Positions 12,183 to 26,600 of a stretch of DNA of 64,000 bases are shown here, piece by piece; position 1 is the first letter of the stretch, and each line of letters starts with the position of its first letter. The DNA is from Balanoglossus misakiensis. Its lineage: Eukaryota; Animalia; Hemichordata. The notes under the pieces are model-generated. The model had not been told where the DNA came from. It was given only the letters and a program-made list of their open reading frames with translations, and ran no database searches. Made by a program: the position numbers and the translations under genes. The stretch spans positions 2,718,656 through 2,782,655 of the forward strand of contig CM082596.2 of NCBI GenBank assembly GCA_040954595.2. Reading direction: 5' to 3'.

Positions 12183-13808
12183 TAATTTCGATCCATAATT
12201 TCCACCGCAAAAGTATTATTATTACATGTATTTAACAGCAGACAAAATAAAATTTAATAACAAATTACAAGCGTCAAATGCACCTCTCCGATTTAAAAAA
12301 ACAACACTTGGAATTTAATTTAATTCTCATGAAAAATCTAACTTTTGTAAAGTCGCCTATCCGAACGTGCAGTATATCTGACCACCTGTTAACCAGACTG
12401 TTATTGGAACTCACAATTTCAGTCAAGTTAATATATTTGCTTATAGAAAATACCACAAAAGATAGCCATACCCTTGGCATCAGCTGGCAATTATCTTTCA
12501 CAAGTACGTGTTTAGCCCATTAATAATTCTATGAACTAGGAGGTAACAGCTGTTAAGTATGGAAATTAACCTGTTATTTTAAAGAATACCCTCATTAATG
12601 AGCTTGTTTACCACTCAAGTTCTTCGTTTCGATCGATTGCTATTAATTTTCATCTTAATCTAAAAATGCCAACTTAAGTATTAGTCTGTACTGGCAGTTG
12701 TTTGGGGTGAATCTTTATGGTCGACTAATAATGCAGGCGATTCTGACTCCCTTGTGTTTAAACGCAAACGTAACTGACCTTTTAGTCTCATAACAAGTAT
12801 GATCATTGTCGAGTCACCTTAATCGTTTGTCTATGTCATTCTGTTGGGATCTTGTCTACCAATCAGATTATAAAGAGGAGATGTGCCTGGTGTATTGGCC
12901 CAAGAATATTCAACCGTCTATCAAGCAATCAATCCTCCACAGCTGAGAGAGGTAAATTGTAGCAGAGCATGTGTTTATTTACAGACATCATAGTGGGGCA
13001 GATATACCCTGAATTTTGGCATAATTGTGCACAGTTATGCATTGACCCATGGCGGACATGTTCCAATATGGATCCCAAAAGACAGTGCTCTCTATCAACA
13101 CTGTTTCGCACATACGATGTGTTGGACCGCCCCCAGTCCACTGTCGCCTTTAACGATACAGCGGCAGCTGTCGCCGCTCGACAATACTGAAATTTAAATA
13201 ACTGATTAGACCCCAAATAAATGCGACATGTTTCCGATGCGATGGGCACAGTATATGCAACGAATGAGGCAAAGAAACAATGAACAGCCATATGGAATCA
13301 TTTGAGCATTCGTTGGTGATGACATGTACAGCAGCGAGCCTTCTGTGACAAACACGTTAGGTCCATCCCTCATTTCGCGACGGGATATCATAGTCTCCAT
13401 GTTCGAAGATAAAAATATTGAGTGTATCATTTGACTTCCGTATCAAAGGTAGGGCACTCGCTCATTTTCACTCTGTTACCGCGAATGTTCCTTTGTGTGT
13501 GATGTAGTATTTTTAGGTCCAGTTTCCCGTCTTTGGTGAAATCGCCAGAATATGAATTTTGTACAAAAATGTAAACAAAAGTTCATACATAGACCTCGCT
13601 TAGCAAGTGTATAAAGCACTTTGTACGTTATGGCTTATACAAGCTGACTCCACGTGTATTTTTCAGTGTACATTATGCTTGCATACAGGCCGTCAAATTC
13701 AGATTATTGTCCATCTGTTACTATAATACCCGTATATCTATTTTAAATTATTTTGTTTCGTTCTTTTTCCGAACAGTTTCAAGTTATTGGGTGCAACCGA
13801 GACGAGAG

Positions 13809-14990
13809 ATGAGAAGCACGATTGGCCCATGTCTTCGGAAATGGCAAACGTACATCCTTGTGCTTTTGGTGGTGACTGGTGTTATTTTACTCCTCAGACA
13901 TCAGACCGGGCAGCAAGCCAAGGAAACGCGTCAAGAAGTTTACTCTGATCTTGATCATGACGTGAGGACACCAAGACCTGTGGAATGCAGCCATGATTCA
14001 GAATCTCAAAGTTCTCAGGATGACATCTGCAAAACCGCGCTGAAGGCTTACTACGACGGTTTGGCCCGGAACGGTTCTGCGTGGTGGTTTTGTCCCAAAA
14101 TACACGACATCCTGTGGAACTGCCTCAAACCCCTCCGTCAAGGCAAGGAACCGCTGCCAAACTTCTACATCGACAATGACGTTGCTGCAAGTCACCAGGC
14201 CTACAAAACAGCCAACGTGGCCTTTCTCCATCTTCCCAAATGCGGAGGAACGTCAATCAACGATTTCGTTTACGCAATGGCCGGCGGCATGCGAAAGACA
14301 CACGATATTCGCCACTGTATGGATTTCTTCAAATTGGCGTACAGCATGAAGAGTGAAACTTCACAGCGGACGTTCATGGTCTCCAAAAGAGTCTACGGTC
14401 TCCACCACTTTGCCCCGTCAAATCGGCCGTTTCTCTATTTCGCCTGGTTTCGCGACCCCATCGACAGATTCCTCTCGCAGTTCCACTTTCTGCGCACGTT
14501 TCCAAACGTCAATGTTGACGTTATACGGAGTAAGAACTTGACGGATTTCCTGCAGAAGACGCTGAACAAGCAAGAACACTATTTCAACAATTTTTTCGTC
14601 CGTCTCTTACAGTTTGGCAGTCACCGAGCAATCGATGACCAATTCGAACCACGTGACGGCGCGTGTGAGTCTTACTCAAAAGGAGCCCCTGAAGTCACGG
14701 AGGAGCACTTCTTGACCGCAAAAAGAAATTTAGAGGAAAACATTGCGTATGTTGGGATTTTAGAAGATTTCAAATCTTCCCAAGACATGTTCTGTTACAT
14801 GATGGGAATAGAGTGCCCGGAACGTGAAATCTACAAAAATGCAAACTCAAAAAGACCCAAAGACGACATCAGTGAATTCGAAGTTCAAGAAATCCGACGG
14901 AGAAACGAGTGGGATTTAAAATTGTATGAAGTAGCGCTTGATATATACAGCAAGCAAAAACAAAATTATGATTCACTTCTTTCCAAATAA
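13809..14990 (+). CDS. Golgi-type (type II membrane) carbohydrate sulfotransferase, Sulfotransfer_2 / HS6ST-HS2ST-Gal3ST-like; single coding exon, 393 aa
   Basis: ATG at 13809 follows a polypyrimidine/CAG acceptor at 13776. N-terminal TM anchor TYILVLLVVTGVILLL, 5'-PSB motif FLHLPKCGGTS, 3'-PB motif FRDPIDRFLSQF, and C-terminal AKRNL..YVGILE and NEWDLKLYE motifs typical of this family. Confidence 0.88.
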   Translation: MRSTIGPCLRKWQTYILVLLVVTGVILLLRHQTGQQAKETRQEVYSDLDHDVRTPRPVECSHDSESQSSQDDICKTALKAYYDGLARNGSAWWFCPKIHDILWNCLKPLRQGKEPLPNFYIDNDVAASHQAYKTANVAFLHLPKCGGTSINDFVYAMAGGMRKTHDIRHCMDFFKLAYSMKSETSQRTFMVSKRVYGLHHFAPSNRPFLYFAWFRDPIDRFLSQFHFLRTFPNVNVDVIRSKNLTDFLQKTLNKQEHYFNNFFVRLLQFGSHRAIDDQFEPRDGACESYSKGAPEVTEEHFLTAKRNLEENIAYVGILEDFKSSQDMFCYMMGIECPEREIYKNANSKRPKDDISEFEVQEIRRRNEWDLKLYEVALDIYSKQKQNYDSLLSK

Positions 14991-16184
14991 AACAAATTTT
15001 CCAAACAGTACAAAGACATTTCTCTGTATGTTTATTTCATCCCCAGACATGAAACATAAAGCAAATACAAAACAAAACAAAAGAATCAATATAAAGTGCC
15101 TCATCCTTTTTAAAAATCATCTGCACATGAAGTATTGCAAAGGTGGCCTAAAAATGTGGCAGAATTTTTCAGGAACAAGTACTGCTTCACAGTAATTGCA
15201 GTCTTGAGAATTTACTAAAACATAAATAGATTCAAATTCAATAGAATTCATGTACAGCTTACATCAAGAACTTTCCTTAGTGACATACATGTTTTATCGG
15301 GAAATTTGAATTCAGAAGCTGCATTGTAATTATCAGCGACATTCTGATTTGGAGATTATGTATCCAATCAGGTTTATCATTTTGATTTCCTGTTTCAATA
15401 TTCCCTGTTATGTTTACTATAAAATACATGTTGTAAGAATCACATCTTGATTGACACGTGTGCAAAACAGAACTTGTGTTATGCTGCACTGCAGATTATA
15501 ATAGGCAGTTCTTTTTTTTTACAGTACTTGCAAGCATTGACTGCTAATGCGATTGTAAAATACTGTGGTGGTTTGAATGCTCTTATAATAATATCCCCCC
15601 CCCAACAAAATTCAGTAGAATGCTTATCCTTACATGGGGTAAAAAAAGTCACAACACTGTGGGAGGAAAAGTGCGCCCTCATCGAGACACTATCAAAACT
15701 TGTCGTTTGTCAAAAAATGAAACATCGCTTGCTTCTAGTACCGACAGTCATGTCGTAACACACCCCTATATCTCAAAATAACAAAACACGGTATTACATC
15801 TGTACACATTAGATTGTAAACATAAAAATCTCTGGAATTTAAAAAAATTTCTCATTTTCAAAAATAGATATGTACATGCTCAGATTGTATACACACTATC
15901 ATAATCACACACACATTTTAAATGATACAGTGCTGTAGAAAGATTTCTAAACATATCAGTAAATGCGCACAATGAAATTCAAGGTCAAATGAATACAACA
16001 TGTATGTCTCAACCAAGTATACTGACTGTCTCCAGGCATTATTCATCTCTCGGCGCGGCCTAACTTCACAGCAAGTGACAACAATTTGGCCTGTAAAAAC
16101 CAAACACTGGCATTGTCTTCTCACTAGTACAGAAGTTTGGATGATATCCAAGTAGTACAAAAATGTTAATTGAGAAGCATTTAA

Positions 16185-16269
16185 CCCTTTCACCCCCATT
16201 TCTCTCTGAAGATATCCAACTTCATCATGGAGAATAAAGGATTTTGACCAAACCATGGCGGTGAAAGGG
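16185..16269. mobile_element. 85-bp piggyBac-like MITE flanked by TTAA
   Basis: TTAA|CCCTTTCACC ... GGTGAAAGGG|TTAA: 10-bp perfect TIRs with CCC/GGG ends, and TTAA at 16181-16184 and 16270-16273. Confidence 0.7.
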
Positions 16270-16342
16270 TTAAGCTGACTCCTGTTCATGGCTTGATTTA
16301 AAATAACACCAAAATCAACAAGTGGCAGTGTCTAGAGGGTCA

Positions 16343-16401
16343 GTGTGTGTGTGTGTGCGTGTGTGTGTGTGTGTGTGCGTGCGTGTGTGTGTGCTTGTGT
16401 G
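16343..16401. repeat. Imperfect (GT)n microsatellite
   Basis: gtgtgtgt...gcgtgtgt run. Confidence 0.9.
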
Positions 16402-17651
16402 TATGTCATCATGGCTTAAAAACACAACTAGTAATTTTAGGCAACCATGATACAACATCCTGATTAATGTACATATTCTAGTATCATATGAACCATCTCA
16501 AAACTCACATAAAATGATAAAATTTAACTTCAGTACAAGACAGCTTAAAAATTCCACCTTCTGTAATACACAGTACATTGTTTTACGCCCTTTTCATTTT
16601 GGCATCCCAATTTACTGAATCTCTATCTCTCAGCAAATGATAGACATACAAAATTAAAATCTGTAAATCCTATAAAATAGCCATATTTTGGTTTTGAGGC
16701 CTCAACGGACTGCACAATAACTGTCAGAGCCCAAATATCTGCCAACAAAATAGTGTCACTAATTTTGGTCCTTTTCATCTAAAATCCACATTAAAATAGT
16801 ATCTACAGTAAAATTCTGCCCTAAGTTTTTTTAATCAGCATACATGCCCTGAGTGGACAGAATGAGATATTTTGTGTATAATGTGAAGAGGACACCTGCA
16901 AAGCTTTATGTCCATCACTGGCTTGCTTTAAACGCGAGTTATATGGCAGTTGTACAACACAACACAACACAACATATTTATATTATTGCTGGTTTTGATC
17001 ATTTGCTTTTTGAATACAGACAACAGTTCAAAGGCTGTCCAATGAACTAGCCAATAATATCTCCTGTAACAGTGGGCCGAAGGGTCAGAATGCTATTCCG
17101 GCCAATTTGATTGGCTGATCACAGTTATGCAAATGGTTGTCTGTGATTGATTCTTGTACAACTTTCTTAGTACCCATGATAAGCTGGAGCACACTGTTTG
17201 TTCGTGAGAAATAAATAAGAACATTAAGATTAAAAATTCACAACTGATTGTCTATTTTGACACATCCTATGTGCATTGGTTGAGTCTTGTCAACCCGAAG
17301 TCCAGGAATTGCCATCGCAAAACAACAGTTCTTCTCTGATAAGTTTTCTCTTTGATTGATGTGGTCACTGCTGGTCACTGGAGTCAGATCTCATGATCGC
17401 AATCAGCACACCGTCTCCATGGCTACCTGCTTGAAAAACAGGCATGAAACACATCTCGCATCTTGCGTACAAAAAAGTCATAATGCTTTCTGGCAAAAAA
17501 AAATTTTTTGTCAATGTTTATCACTGTAAGATACCCCAGCATTGGCGAGACAATCCAAGTTCGTCCACCTTCAATGGTGAGGTAACAGTGTCTGTTTGTA
17601 ATAAGGCAGATGAGGCAGTGAGTAACTTAGAGACTTTGTCTGTCTGTCAGA

Positions 17652-20600
17652 CTAGGTGCAGTTCCTACAGAGGGCTACCTGGCCACGAACATAATCCCTG
17701 CATGGACACACTCGCCGGTGTTCCTGTCTGTCACCAGCGCAGCTGAACAGAAGTCTGTGCTCTTGCAGACTGCAGACTTTCTCTTCTGTAAATGACGGCA
17801 CGTGTATATCCTCTACTGAGGTGTGATCTCTGCATGTCAACTTGCCTTCCCTGCAGGGGAGAGAGAGAAAGAGCACAAAGAGTCGATAAGGATGGGTGAA
17901 AGGCTACCATGTGCCAACACACTGACACACAATCCATCATTCTGAAACCCCATTTCCTTGTTTACAGGTCCAACCTAACAGTTGAAGAACAGGAATGAAT
18001 GACTTATAGCCCAAGAATGTTGGCCCTCAGAATAAAAGCACCCAGATACTTTTGCTTGCTAGTCAGCGAGTCGCTCAATATTGACAGTCATAATAGCCCA
18101 CCCACACATACTTAAAATTGAGTAGCTTATTAATACACACACAAAAATGACTGCACATAATAGCACATTTTACTAAATGAGTTGCTAGAAATAATTGACT
18201 TTTCAACCCCTTTGACTGACCTTTGTATGACCTCCAGAGAATTGATATCCTTGAAAAATGTGGGTTCACATATAAGGTCATTCTCCATGCAGACATCTTT
18301 ACATGACTGACCAAGTGCTGAAATTTTCACCTGCAGGGCACTCAGTGGTGGCCACTTTTCCATGTTTTCTTTACAGAAATTCTGCAATGCAGATGAGAGC
18401 TGTGTTAAGCATTCTGTAGTATACAAATAGCACCACAGATGATGTACAGGTTTCTGTTTCATCCCAAGTGACAAGATTATTTGCAAACTGTGTTCGATAT
18501 CAAACATTCCATTCATAATTCAAAATAGGCTAAAATTATAATCCATATTCAGCTATATTTATTTCTGGAATTCATTTCAAATATTAAACATGATAAGCTT
18601 ATAATCAATCAATCAACCCTACTAAAATATTCAGGTATGAGATGATTTAAGGCCCATGACCTGTATTTTTCTTTTTGCACTACTGTTGTGATTTTACTTT
18701 CAAAATAAACTTTGTTAATGTGAATGTACTTTTAACCAAATGACGACCCATGAAAGTTTCTAGTAAGTTGTATAATAAAAGGGTGTCCCACTCAAATATG
18801 GAGGGGGTAATGAAGAGTAACCTCACCTGGTGTTCAATGTAAGCATTGAGTCTCTGTAGCATGCCTTCTGAGGTGAACTCGTACGGCAGATACGGTGTGA
18901 GGTCACGAGATTCCTGGATCTCACGAAGCGCTTCCCGCAAAGCTGCTGAGTCATCAATGTTCACTGTGTACACGTATGGTTTCCCGATGTAATACTCAGC
19001 ATACGGATGTTGAGATGAAAGCTAAAAGACAAATTTTTTCACCGTTTATCTACTCAACCCAAAGAAATCATCTTCTATACCATTATTCCTACTAGCATGA
19101 AGCATTCTCTACTAGATAAAAGTTACCATGTGTTCTTTCTATACCTGGCATATACTGTAACACCAGGCTGTAACACCTAAGGATATACATGCTTTTCATG
19201 ATGTTAGTTCTTGTACACAAAAAAATGAATGCAAGCAAAACTCATCATCATATTATGAGCATACTAATGAGCAAGCATGTTCCTTACCTCTCGCAGAGTT
19301 GGTTTCCCCCTGAAAAAAGCTGTATTTTTGGCATTTAGTGGAGGTTTGAACTGGGGGTTCAGAAAAACGCAGCCGTTGGCTATGGCTTCTAATGGCGCTG
19401 GGCCTTCGTACGGGAATCCCAGACCAATGAACAACTGCAGCAGAAAGATGAACAGAAAAATAATGTTATCATCAGTTGCAGTCTAGAGTTGTCAAATAGT
19501 CACAGTAGTGTATATTTATTAACAAAATGCAGTTGTGTGTGGATAGGAGAGAGTGGGGTGTTGATCTAGTGAAGGGGATTGAGGTCTGGGGTGGTGATAG
19601 AAACCAACTGCTCACCTTGGCTTTTCTTAGTAGAGTTTGCACACTGTCAACACTGAGCAGACCGTGATTGGTGACGTACTCTGGAACCGCAAACAGATCA
19701 GCAGACTCGTTCACAAAAACAGTGGCGTGCAGCTCAAACCTCTCGTGTATAATGTCCAGGTATTTCTTGGTTCCCTGGGGGTGGACAAAGACAGTTTCCA
19801 GCGTTACTCAGAGGGGATTTTACACGTAATTACAAACATCGACAGAATGAATAATGTGCCCAAGAAACTCACCATCCACATGTCCCCTTTCTTGCCGTAA
19901 ACCACCGCCAAATTTCTCTCCTTTTTCACCACCTGTGTCTCGCTCGAATTGTGCAGAGAATTCTCCACGACGAAACCCATGAAGGAATTGTCCGGAGTGT
20001 GAGCTGAATATGCCGATGGAATGAACAGAAAAGAACAGGGAAATTACATGCAGTGATCTAATCTGGGTACAAAGGCAGCCAATGTTAAAAGGGGAAATAA
20101 TCATTGTCAGGACTCGGTGACTATTTCTGCTTAGAATCACCAGATCTAGCAAGCAAATGAATAAACTATTCTGAAAGATGCAGTTGACTTACGAAACATT
20201 GTCATAAACTGCAGTGGATTGAGGCTCCATTTCCCCCAGACGGACTTTGTGCCGGCTCTCTTCGCATAAGTGTCCAAGTTGAACGCTGGCTCGGTGCCAA
20301 ATGTGTCTATCACACGTAACATACAGCTGGAAATTAAAAAAAAAAAAGGTAAAATCAATCATTGTGTTTGATCAAACTTTAGAGTCTATTAGCAGAGGGA
20401 AATGCAAACATTATTGAAAATTATGATCAGAATTGGATGATTATGTGACTACTTGAGGTCTTGAGAATTATTTGTCATTCATTCTTCAATAAAAAGTCAC
20501 TCAAAGCCACTTAGACAATAACACAAATCCATCAAGTGAAGCCAAACCAAGCGGAAAATTGTTGGACTTACTTAAATTGATTCCAAAGTGGTCCTGATAC

Positions 20601-23600
20601 TTTTTTGAATTGCTTCAAACCAACAATATCTATGTAAATAAGGTCGATGGGTCGAACCCCTGAAACTGGACAGTTTTTATTGCTAACTCCCTTCGATCGC
20701 ATGTACCTGAGAAAACAAAACACATTTTAAAATACCGTCAGACTGTACATGGAACAGACCATACAATTGGGCAATGGCTGCATGCAAATGAACCAAATTT
20801 GAGTTCAGACCAATCAGTACAACTGACATTTGTCACCTCACAAAAATTCAACAATATTGACAGAATTTTGCAATATCAAAATCATACCATATGCGTGTGA
20901 CGATAAGTCTTACTTTCAGGCTAACACAGTACACTGTTACAGCCGGCCATTCATTCTCATGATTGTTAGGATTTCCCATGTCTGTTGTCCTCTGTTTCAT
21001 ACTTACGATTTGAGAACATCTGTACTGGTGGTTATTTTGATGTCATGACCCAGTATGTAGAGGGCAGCAATGATGTCACTCCACTGTACAAGCTCTCCCA
21101 GAGGCCCGCCACTAAATGCTGTCTCTGCAATCTTGAAGCCTGACTCTTTCGTCAACAACCCCAAGTGCACTAGTATCTGGAATGATGGGAAAAGCGAAAA
21201 ACATGCAAGATTAATGATTTTCGTAATCATATAGTGTATACATGAAAAGAATTGTTCATTTTGCTCTAAAGTATCAGTGATTTTGAGTTGTTAGAGGACA
21301 CAGTATCAACTGTGATATTAATGTGATCATGCAACAGGATCTTTTACATTTACTGCATACCAAACACACGTGCAACACAGCGAAGTATAAATATACTGAA
21401 TCTTGCTATGAGTCACATATCTGCACTGAAAGCCTGGTGTACGTATTTTCTTACAAACTTGAAACCGTGGATAAGTCTGTTTGGGACAATTTTACTTGTC
21501 AGCTGCCACATTGACAATCAAATGCATCAGCAAGCCAAAAATGAAAACTAATAATACCCAAAACATATCAACCCAGCATGGCAACAGGAAGCCACTGAGA
21601 TAAAAATTGATTCAGCAATCAAACTGACTCGCCCGTACCCAATGAAAAATGGCTGGATGCGGTCATGTAACTGTCAACTACAGTGGCGTTGCCTCAAGCA
21701 TATCAATTAAACAACAATGCTATCAAGGAAACATGTCAATCTGGTTTGGGGAGACAAATTTGCTAAATGGAAATCTATTGGCTCATTATTTTTTTTCTAA
21801 TCAGCATTTTCGACAGCCCCAGGCTCACCCGCCACAGTACAGCAATTACGACCAGCAAATGATTCCCGTACCTGGCAGTCTTAACTGAATTTGAAAACTT
21901 CCTCATGTAATTAAGATACATTAATTAAAGCGTGGTACAATATTGTGTAAATGTCACAGAGATGAGGCTGAGTCATACACAAGAGATCTACACATAATTG
22001 CGATCAATCGCCCGGGGCCGCTCTTCACAATAATGCTCAATTTTGTTAATATCCTCGAAATGAAAATGAAATTAACATCAAATCAGACCCTAAAACTCAC
22101 AACAAGATTCACTGTTTATATATTTACCAAATGACGGAAGGCATTAAAGTTACATTACACACAGATGGAGTTGCCTACATCTTTCCTGCCTTTTAATACC
22201 CCATCATTTTTCACATATATTGAATAATTCATCTGTCATATCCAAATATTTCCACAATTCATTCATTTTTAATAAATGAGATGAGTGTATGGTAACTTTC
22301 TTGACAAAACTATATGCAAACATGAGACCAGGTGCATGGCTGGCCTATCACGGCCATGATGTGCATCATCTCCGCAGTCATGCGTGGTTTTGCTGTTTCG
22401 AACAAACAGGTCATCACAGGGAAATGAATTGACTTTTAACAAGAGGAAATGAGAATCAAACGAGACACATGAGCTTCTAATGGCGAACGTGACGTCTTCA
22501 CCACTACAGAATATACGGCCCTTTCAGTTACATATACATATACACAGGAAGCAATACTACATGCTATATGCCAGAGCCGAATTTTAAAGAGACTGACAAC
22601 ATTAACGCTAACGATGTGCTGATATGCTGTCCATCCTGCATAAATGCACCAACCCTTAAACATACATGACCTTGAGTGTTGTTGCATCTCCATGGAAACA
22701 TGACCTACATATAGATTACACATTTTCTCTTCAGAAAATGAAGCTATGTAAAACAGGTCCACCTTAGTCCTATAGTCAACCACTGCAGCTAATTTTGTAC
22801 TATTATAGTTTATACTGTAATTTGTAATTCTAGACTTTCTAGATAAAAAAATACAGAATGAAAAAAAGCACCAATATAATATACATCACAACATTACAAC
22901 ACTTTACAGATATCTTTGACATGGAGTATGGGTATAGTATACTGTTGTAAAGAACCGGTGTAGACAACTAGCTGGTTGCTTTAGGGTTTTTCAAGACTGA
23001 ATTTGCCATCCAACTGTGAACATTGTATTTTCAAACCAGAATGCAAAACAGCATCCTTGGAGATGTCAAACTGAAGACAGTTTGAATATTGTTGTAATTG
23101 AATTCCAGGAAGAGAATTTCTAGGAAGAGACAATTTTGATGAATTATCCAACAGACACACAAGACTGAACAACATCTCAAGAGGATACGGCTCTGAAATT
23201 CGATCAACCAGTTCAAATCCCTCGCAAATTACCCCCACAAGTCATTATTACTTCGACTGCAGTTTGATAACTTTTCAATTTCCAAAAGGTTAAAGACTGG
23301 CTGCATTGTTGAGCCCATGGGCCATATTTGTTCCAGAGCCCAGGGTTTCGAGAATTCCAGTCTCGGGTGCACTGCATCAAAAGTGAACACGACTTGTCCA
23401 TTAAAGGCCTAGAGGGGGGTACTAGTATTTGAATACTGACCACTGTAATTCCGAACACCCTCTGGTCAGAGACTTCCAGGTAGCCTGATCAACAACCAGA
23501 TATTCTCAGACAATAGAGTTTTGCTCTGAAAAATCACGCTAAAATCCATGCTAAATCACGGAAATTAATCTTCTTTGTGCCACAGGCTTTTTAAGCTTGT

Positions 23601-26600
23601 AACACACAGCTTGTAATTATTGAAAGGTAGGTACGGTAATTCCCACAGGGATTCTGGGTATAAGTCTCAACTTGCAACAAGTGACCTAGCAACCATACCA
23701 CACCATAAGGCAACTGTACGCTCCCCGTCATCGATTCTTGCACACACTAACCATAATGTTTTCCTAGCTGCTTTTTGGATCAGCTGTCTCACGCTGACAC
23801 TAACTTCACAGGCCATTAAAAATCGCGGATGTCAACGGCTGAGTAAGTGGACAGGATAGCACAGGAAATTGAAGCTAAACGAATACATTTCAGGATATTG
23901 AATGTGTTTTTGGTGAAAGCTCACAAATTAGTCGGCTAAGCCAGGAAAAATGTATTGGGAGTACACTTTCACTTTTATTAGAACTAGGATCCTGAGGTCA
24001 CAATATTATTCTATGCGGTATTTATTCTCATAAACTATTTAGTGTTTCCAAGAAAATGACCAGAGACTTGAGACGTTTTAAAGAACTCTTTATCTCGTTC
24101 TGTCAACCACAGCCATCCTTCACGACTTCAACTGCTCAAATTTCCCAGTGCATTTGTTGGAGAAATCTGATCGGTCATTTGCAAATTGGGCACTCCAATA
24201 CAGTAATATCCAAGAGGAAATGTACAGACAGTACAGCTTTAATGGTTGGATCTATTAAAGATGCATTGTCTGATCTCTCGATGCAAGACTCACCCTCTTC
24301 TGAAGTCTGTTGCTGAGATCTTGCTTTGAAGACAGAGCCTTGGCTGCCGGAACCCATTTGCTTTCCCACATCATGTTTATCCTTGTCTTCATCCAAGCAA
24401 ACTTTTCCTCGTTTTCCATCAGAGCGAAGAGACCAGATTTATCCATCCGCACTGTTGCCTGTGGATGATAACGATGTACATGTGCAAACATTAAAATGTG
24501 TCTACATGTAGCGGTATGTATGTACTGGTACATACACACACTTGTGTTACATGTATGTATGAATGTGTGTGTGTGCATGTGTGTGTGCATCTATTCATGC
24601 ATTTGGTACTTACATGTACATGTCATGCATGTACCTTGTAGAGATATTTTTTTTAAATTTTCATGTAAGCACCTTTAAGGATGTACGTGCAGAACGTACA
24701 CTGGTAAACAGATCGCATGTGTTTCTTGCCCATAGGATTACATTGATTGCCCCTTGATTACCATATTTGGTACTACCCATAGTTACAAGTAGGCACGTTT
24801 ACAAGGAAGTACAATGTACAGGGATAGAGAGAGAAATGTGTATATTATTAAAATCACTTGAAAGATAGAAAGCAGTCTATAGAAAGCAGAAGAGATACAC
24901 TACTGTGTTTTGTTGAATAAACTTTTAAATTCTAAGAGTGTTGCTACAGTGCAAGAAATATTTGTTGTTGCCATGACATTCCTCAAAAATGACCCAGTGT
25001 ATGTAACATCTTGTTCTTCGATTGATGTGTTAGAAATCAAGATTCCACAACTGACTTCCAGAAGTCAAAATTCCCACCCAAGATTTCTTTTAACTTGCAG
25101 GTCATGCAAAGCAGTGATCAGTGGGTGAATTATTTCCTGGCCATGAGTTAGTCCCCTGGATTAATTGACGCCATGCTTCTTTGAAAATCTCCAAAATGAA
25201 AATGTTAAGGCTAAACTTTAGCAGGCATGATGTTTTGAGTTCACCCAGGTCAAAGATGACCGACCCATAGTACAACTGGTTTGTTCATTCACGTGTAGGT
25301 GAATCAGTAGCCAATCACAAAGGCAGGAACTACACGCATGATCCAATCAGCATTCATGAACCTACAAACATAATTTTCACTGCCACCACTGAATTTGGTA
25401 AATGAAGAATGGCAGCAAAGCATAATATCTTCGCAGGCAAATCTATCGATCACGTCTTTGTAAAATGTTAACTGGCTAGGCTACGTTAACGAAATATTAG
25501 TAGGTTTATCAACAAAAGGTCATTACCATGCACGTTTCATAGTAAATGATTATAGGCACTGGGGTGGACATGGAATCCAACATGGAGGTAATATTATAAC
25601 AACGCTTCTCAACGTGCGCCTACAAAGTAGAAATGAAAGCATCACAGAGACAACATGTAACACAAAGGAGAAATAAACACAACAAAAATGACACTAGTTA
25701 TTATTTACAAAACAACAGACAATAAAAAACAAACAGGCATATTAGTAGTTTTCTGAGGTTAACAACCATTTCCTGGTGAAATCATGCAAACATAGTATCA
25801 AACACTATTTGTGCAATGCGCGTGCAGTCGGTGTCAGATTTTGCATCTCAGATACATTTGAAAGTGTGCATATATTAAATTTGCAGACATAGAAAGTCAA
25901 ACAAGTGTTTCAACTTGAAAGGGAAAAGTGTAGAAAGGGAAACGTCAAAGTAGAGAAATTTAGTCTTGTTTAGTCTTGCAGTCAGTGTGAGAAATATGAC
26001 ACATTAAAGAAAAAGAATTAGAAGAGATATAATATCCTTGCTGTACTGGCGAATTTCATTTTTGGAAGGGAATTACACATGCAGTTCTGTAATAATCTAT
26101 AGTCACTGTGGGATTTAATTATTTCAGAATCAGAGCAGAGAGTTTTCAGAGGGGTACTGCGATTTGGGCCAAATTTTTGCAAGTTGTTCACCTAGATCAC
26201 AGATCAAGCCATAATTGCCCAAGGACAACTGAGCATTGTTATAGGAAACCCATCGTGAAAAACACAGGCAATGTTCAAAAACCTTGTGCTGGTAACATGC
26301 GGAATAATCGAGCTGAAAACAGAAAGTTGATACAGTGTTGCTAGGGGAGGGGAACAAACACAGGCACATACAGGAATTGCATCCGGATCCAGCAAAAGAT
26401 TGTTCAGGACTCCTTTTCTCCAGGGTAGGACTGGGCACCAGTTTTCAATCTGAAATTGAATGCAACAACAGGAGTATGAGAAGAGTGAATAAAAAATGTG
26501 CCCAAAAAATCACCAGAACTAAAGGTTGATTGAAAGTCTTGGTGATATGACAATACTTCACCGCAATGTAATAAGTCATTTAACAAATATACATCAGGGA

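Noticed and set aside
13707-13808. ORF-track N-terminus of the sulfotransferase
   Set aside because: Starts at TTG and runs through a polypyrimidine tract and splice acceptor; ATG 13809 precedes the TM anchor.
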